64,000 nucleotides of DNA, taken from contig OZ220741.1 in the NCBI GenBank assembly GCA_965116885.1, positions 2,496,001 to 2,560,000 on the forward strand, in the 5' to 3' direction. The translations under genes were made by a program, and so were the position numbers. This DNA comes from Candidatus Latescibacterota bacterium (GTDB taxonomy: Bacteria > Latescibacterota > UBA2968). Each line of letters opens with the position of its first letter. Positions within the stretch are counted from its first letter, which is position 1. The notes beneath the pieces were generated by a model. That model searched no databases, was not told where the DNA came from, and saw only the letters and a program-made list of their open reading frames with translations. Positions 60,018 to 64,000 of this stretch are shown piece by piece.

Positions 60018-60599
60018 CTAATAGTTTTTTGTCCATAATTCCTCTTCTTCGGTCTCTGGCCTAATTTGTTTCTTCCTCAATTCTTCAAACTCATAATTAT
60101 CCAGTTCGATTTTGAGTTTAGTAAGATCTATCATTCGGACCAGCAAACAGAAAACATACCCTATTGCCACTGATATTAAAATAATAGACACAAAGAGCAT
60201 CCAGTATAGCTTAGGCTGTGTGGCGTTAGCGGATGTGTCATTTATTGGCGGATTTATTATAATCGCACAGAAAACAGCCAACATAGAACAGGCGACCACA
60301 AAGATCCAGCGCCAAATCAGCTCTATTTGCACATCTCCCAATTTATGAAAGAGTTCTTCTGCTCTATCGGAGTATTTGATGCCCTGTATCAGTGTTCGAG
60401 TTTGCGATATCCAACCGATACTCCATCCAACCAGAATTCCGGCAATAGCCGAGAAATTCCCAAGTGTCCGGACTATTTCAGTTGCTGTTTGAGGCGTTGG
60501 AAATAAATTAAATAAATAGACACACATAGACCCCAGGGAACCCAGAGCTCCAAAAAACATTGCCTGAATGAGGAGTTTTTTTGCCATATTCATGCCCAT
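60018..60599 (-). CDS. Hypothetical 4-TM membrane protein
   Basis: Four hydrophobic segments; co-oriented with and downstream of 60664-61620. Confidence 0.7.
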   Translation of the reverse strand: MGMNMAKKLLIQAMFFGALGSLGSMCVYLFNLFPTPQTATEIVRTLGNFSAIAGILVGWSIGWISQTRTLIQGIKYSDRAEELFHKLGDVQIELIWRWIFVVACSMLAVFCAIIINPPINDTSANATQPKLYWMLFVSIILISVAIGYVFCLLVRMIDLTKLKIELDNYEFEELRKKQIRPETEEEELWTKNY

Positions 60600-60663
60600 T
60601 TCTCAGTTTATTGGATACATGGATATACTCTCTAATTGCTTATTCAAAAAGTATTTATTTCCA

Positions 60664-61620
60664 TCATATATGTTCTTGTAGAGCCAGAGAATTATGCCAT
60701 TCGATCATTTTACGAAAAATATCTTGGTCATCAGGCATGTCATTTATGTGGACCACATCTTTTCGGGTGCTTAGCCGTAATTCATCGTATTTTAGCGTGC
60801 CTGAATCGGTTTCTACTTCAATGTGAATGTCTGTGTCATCGCCAACATGGCGAAAAGTGTTTGCCAGCGCGTCAATTTGGTCAGAAAGCCTTCTTGTCCC
60901 TCTCTTTTTTTTCAAAGCGAGAGATAGAGTGACTTCAATATCTTGGTCTTGGGTAACTCCGCGTGTGTATGTCTCTGTGATGTGTTCAGAGGATAGACCT
61001 GTCATTGCTTTTATCGCATCCCATCCACGTCCTATAGGCGGTAATGACCTTCTGGTTTTCAAGTCAGTGCTCAGAGGGGCTGAAATGTTGATTCGTCGTG
61101 CCCCTCTGATTTTGTCTCGGGATTTTCTCGATATTGTTCGCCGAATTATCATTTGCCGTTCTTTGAAAAATCCTGTCGCGCGTTTACAAAACATACTATT
61201 GAGATATTTTTCCAAGTGTCGCACTTGAAGGTGCTGATCTTGGGCGGCAATCAAGTAATTACGATAGCAGACAAAATAAAGTTTTCCCTTAAGAAATTGT
61301 TGATCAGTTCCATCCTGAGCAGGTGGGGCTTTGAGCACACCAGCCTGAAGTTCTTCACTATCAAGATCTTCTTTAATTATTTCTCCAATTCCATTCTTGT
61401 CATACTGGAAGAAGTTGGCACAAAAGAAACCTCTATAGATACTATTATAGTTGATGAGGTTGAGGCGGTTCGCTGCTATGTATTCATCAACTTCACGCAG
61501 CCGATCCCTAACTTTTGTATCTCTAAAAACATATATCAATAGATCTTGTAGTGTATAATTGTAGGGTTCATTAAACTGAGCCTGCCAATAAGTGAAACTT
61601 TTCTTTTTGAAATTAGCCAT
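60664..61620 (-). CDS. Hypothetical soluble protein (about 318 aa)
   Basis: Long AT-rich ORF; no motif recognised with confidence. Confidence 0.7.
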   Translation of the reverse strand: MANFKKKSFTYWQAQFNEPYNYTLQDLLIYVFRDTKVRDRLREVDEYIAANRLNLINYNSIYRGFFCANFFQYDKNGIGEIIKEDLDSEELQAGVLKAPPAQDGTDQQFLKGKLYFVCYRNYLIAAQDQHLQVRHLEKYLNSMFCKRATGFFKERQMIIRRTISRKSRDKIRGARRINISAPLSTDLKTRRSLPPIGRGWDAIKAMTGLSSEHITETYTRGVTQDQDIEVTLSLALKKKRGTRRLSDQIDALANTFRHVGDDTDIHIEVETDSGTLKYDELRLSTRKDVVHINDMPDDQDIFRKMIEWHNSLALQEHI

Positions 61621-61779
61621 AACTGTCAATGTCTTCCAAGCTTTTGTAAATACTGCGCTAGTGGGTATTTATATCTCTAAGATTTTATCTTCTTGAGAAG
61701 ATTCGATAGACTCCATTTAGACGCAAAATAAGAAAACGGTTAGAACTGAACCAGCTAAAAGCTGTCTGTGGCGTATATT

Positions 61780-61986
61780 TCAATTTTTTTTATTTGCTTT
61801 TCTCTGTTCCATTGCAGCTTTGCTTATCTCAGCGACATTTCTCTCGGACCAGAGGTTTTGCTGCCATTTCGTATAATCGAATGGCTCTCGCAAGATCAAG
61901 CTGATAAATTTCTCAGCTTCAACATCTCCCAAAACATCTACCAGTGCGCGTAGTCCATTTACTCGTATTTCAGTATCGGTTCTCAT
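61780..61986 (-). CDS. Putative antitoxin paired with the PIN protein
   Basis: GLRALVDVLGDVEAEKFI…FDYTKWQ; ATGA overlap with the PIN gene. Confidence 0.75.
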   Translation of the reverse strand: MRTDTEIRVNGLRALVDVLGDVEAEKFISLILREPFDYTKWQQNLWSERNVAEISKAAMEQRKANKKN

Positions 61987-62417
61987 AGATTCATCTCCCG
62001 AACAAAAGAGGTTGGATCTAAAACACTAATCCCCTGTATGTTTTGGCTACGCTTGAGGATTCTGTCATCCGTTGTCAAAAAATGACCACATCCTCCAGCT
62101 ATGGCACACGACAAGTGTAAAGCGTCCTTCGGCTTTAGCCCAAGTTTAACCAGATCGTCCGCTTTTTGCAAGATTACAGTCGTTTCCTCAAGATCGATAG
62201 CCGCGTATCGCTTCCAGTTAGTGATTACCGCGCGTCGCTCCTCAAAAGGATTCGCTTCGTTCTCAGAATCGATAATATATGACCAGACAAGTTCCAGCGT
62301 ACCCTCCCGAATATTCTCCTGAATACACAGCTTCGCTTCCGCTTCAAGGCGGACTCTTGTTTGCCCTTGATCATCAAATGGGCGATTGAAACAACAGTTA
62401 TCGAGATAGACTCTCAT
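61983..62417 (-). CDS. PIN domain (VapC-like) toxin
   Basis: VYLDNCCFNRPFDD, DALHLSCA and FLTTDD motifs. Confidence 0.88.
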   Translation of the reverse strand: MRVYLDNCCFNRPFDDQGQTRVRLEAEAKLCIQENIREGTLELVWSYIIDSENEANPFEERRAVITNWKRYAAIDLEETTVILQKADDLVKLGLKPKDALHLSCAIAGGCGHFLTTDDRILKRSQNIQGISVLDPTSFVREMNL

Positions 62418-62473
62418 ATCCGATCTCACATTTTTTGAGGACTTCTGCGGGGGAAAATCAACGGCACTTAACT

Positions 62474-63334
62474 TCAATCATCACCCAATAGCTTCTGTGC
62501 GTTTTGATATGTTATTTTGTCGAATGCTTCTTTCGGCAGGTTCAGGCGTTGTAGATAGTCCATCAGGCGCGTGTCGAAGTAATCCCTTCCAAATAACAGG
62601 CTATCTTGAAAATCGATCAGGAATTGCCTGCCAAATGCTTCGTCTCTGCTGATTGCGGTCAGTCCCGATCCCGCTGAGAGGTCGGCGTATAGATTGTCGT
62701 ATTTTTTGAGCATCTGGGGGACTTTGCCGCCGGGTTCAATTGGACCTGTGGGATAGGCTTCTTTGTCGAATTTGCCGTCGCCGGAAATGTGCGCCCAGAA
62801 TCCCGGGGCGTGGCCGATGAAGTTGGTTTCGGGACATGCGATAATTGCCCGTTCAAATGCTTCGATGCTGCCGCCGTACCACCAGTTTGGTCGCGGGTAA
62901 TCCCCGCGTCCGTGGTCGATGGGATAGTCGAGATGGATTGTGATTGGCAGGCCCATTTCTCCACAGGCATGATATAGTCTGAGGGCATCCGGGTCGTCAA
63001 ATACCACCCGCACCTTTAGTTCGCTGGCAACCCGAATCCCGTGAATTTCTACGGCTGCTTTCAGGCGGTCAATTGCGTCGGGCCGCTTTGGGTGTGGCAT
63101 GTATCCCAGTACAAATCGGTCGGGGGCTGTGCGCCCTACCTGTATCACGTCTTCGAGGGGGATGCACACGCCTGTTGGGGGCAATACTTTGTGATAGCTG
63201 GGACTGTATTCATCTTCTGGCGCTTCCCAGGAAAAGAGCCACATCTGGTCGATGTTTTGCTCGTCCATGTTTTTCAATATTTTTTCGGCGTTGAATCCGT
63301 GCCAGTTTGGGTGATTGTGCGCGTCGATTAACAT
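62474..63334 (-). CDS. Amidohydrolase_2 family protein
   Basis: IDAHNH, FIGHA, YADLSAGSG and LFGRD motifs. Confidence 0.88.
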   Translation of the reverse strand: MLIDAHNHPNWHGFNAEKILKNMDEQNIDQMWLFSWEAPEDEYSPSYHKVLPPTGVCIPLEDVIQVGRTAPDRFVLGYMPHPKRPDAIDRLKAAVEIHGIRVASELKVRVVFDDPDALRLYHACGEMGLPITIHLDYPIDHGRGDYPRPNWWYGGSIEAFERAIIACPETNFIGHAPGFWAHISGDGKFDKEAYPTGPIEPGGKVPQMLKKYDNLYADLSAGSGLTAISRDEAFGRQFLIDFQDSLLFGRDYFDTRLMDYLQRLNLPKEAFDKITYQNAQKLLGDD

Positions 63335-63345
63335 GTGGTCTCCTT

Positions 63346-64000
63346 TCAAACCAGATATTCGCCATCCCGGATGATTTGACGTGTCTTCCCGTCTGCTGAA
63401 ATCAACAGGAGTGACGCCACTTGAATCGGGCTGTCTTTGGCATAGACGATGTCCTGGTGAACAATGTGTGCGGGGGATTTGAATTGTTCTGGCCCAATTG
63501 TGCCGCCGAGATGTTCGCTGCGTCCGTAAGCCCAGTGAAAGCCCGCTTTTTCATCTTCTAAGACATTGCCCCAAACAACGGCTTTGGGATTGCATCCCAG
63601 GGCGAGTTCGGCGATGTTGCCGCGTATTGGATCTTCTTCGAAATAGGCTTTGAAACTCGCGGCCTGTGTTGTTTTGCCCGCGACATCTACTATCCGATTG
63701 TTCTCGACTCGAAATACGATGACATCGCCATTATCACTGACGGGTATTTCGCCTTCCGTGCGGCTCGGTTCGCCCTTTCTTTCTCCTTCGTAGGGGACCT
63801 GGAAACTTTCCCCACTCGGCAAGTTGATGATGGGGAAGTCCGAGTTTGCCTTTTCTCGGGGCAGTTGCCCGTCGTCTTTGTGGGCTTCGCGGTAGCGCAG
63901 GTCAACGGTCCATTTGTGGCCGGTTGAAAAAATAACCCGTGCGGATTCTGCTTCGGAGAGGGCGTCCATTAATATCTGGCAGCGGCGCGCCACTTCGGTA
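63346..64000 (-). CDS. Thermophilic metalloprotease (M29)-like aminopeptidase (5' end outside the window)
   Basis: NLPSGE, NIAELALGCN, DEKAGFHWAYG and HQD motifs. Confidence 0.8.
   Translation of the reverse strand, partial: TEVARRCQILMDALSEAESARVIFSTGHKWTVDLRYREAHKDDGQLPREKANSDFPIINLPSGESFQVPYEGERKGEPSRTEGEIPVSDNGDVIVFRVENNRIVDVAGKTTQAASFKAYFEEDPIRGNIAELALGCNPKAVVWGNVLEDEKAGFHWAYGRSEHLGGTIGPEQFKSPAHIVHQDIVYAKDSPIQVASLLLISADGKTRQIIRDGEYLV

Noticed and set aside
54541..61683. Weak similarity between 54541-54571 and 61656-61683 as island att sites
   Set aside because: The alignment needs several gaps in AT-rich DNA and there is no integrase or tRNA target.

Overview
Chromosomal window from a Gram-negative bacterium. 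The sulfatase, TPR, NHL and PhyH content and the ExbB-ExbD-ExbD-TonB operon suggest an FCB-group or sponge-symbiont-like organism (inference only). Positions 1-54.5 kb hold ordinary housekeeping and catabolic genes: guaB, a TPR/ExbBDD/TonB operon, nth, comM, five sulfatases, an RND pump, tRNA-Val, ffh-rpsP-rimM-trmD-rplS, rpe, hrpA, a heterodimeric ABC exporter and GTAG-type REPs. An AT-rich accessory island spans about 54.6-62.4 kb. Its main feature is a nest of mobile cassettes with no recognisable transposase. An outer element (54627-59061) has 22-bp TIRs starting GGGAATTAT and carries one passenger gene. Inside it is a 3.45-kb element (54754-58201) with an exact 8-bp target duplication and 150-170-bp inverted ends, each built from five copies of a GTGTCTCAnTTTGAAA site. 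That element carries small genes sharing a duplicated structured leader, a HExxH protein gene and an FRG gene flanked by 34-bp direct repeats. Also notable are a promoter/leader-peptide/terminator arrangement (candidate attenuator) upstream of guaB and an M14 peptidase gene split at an A7 run. Family assignments come from motif recognition by eye; no database searches were run.
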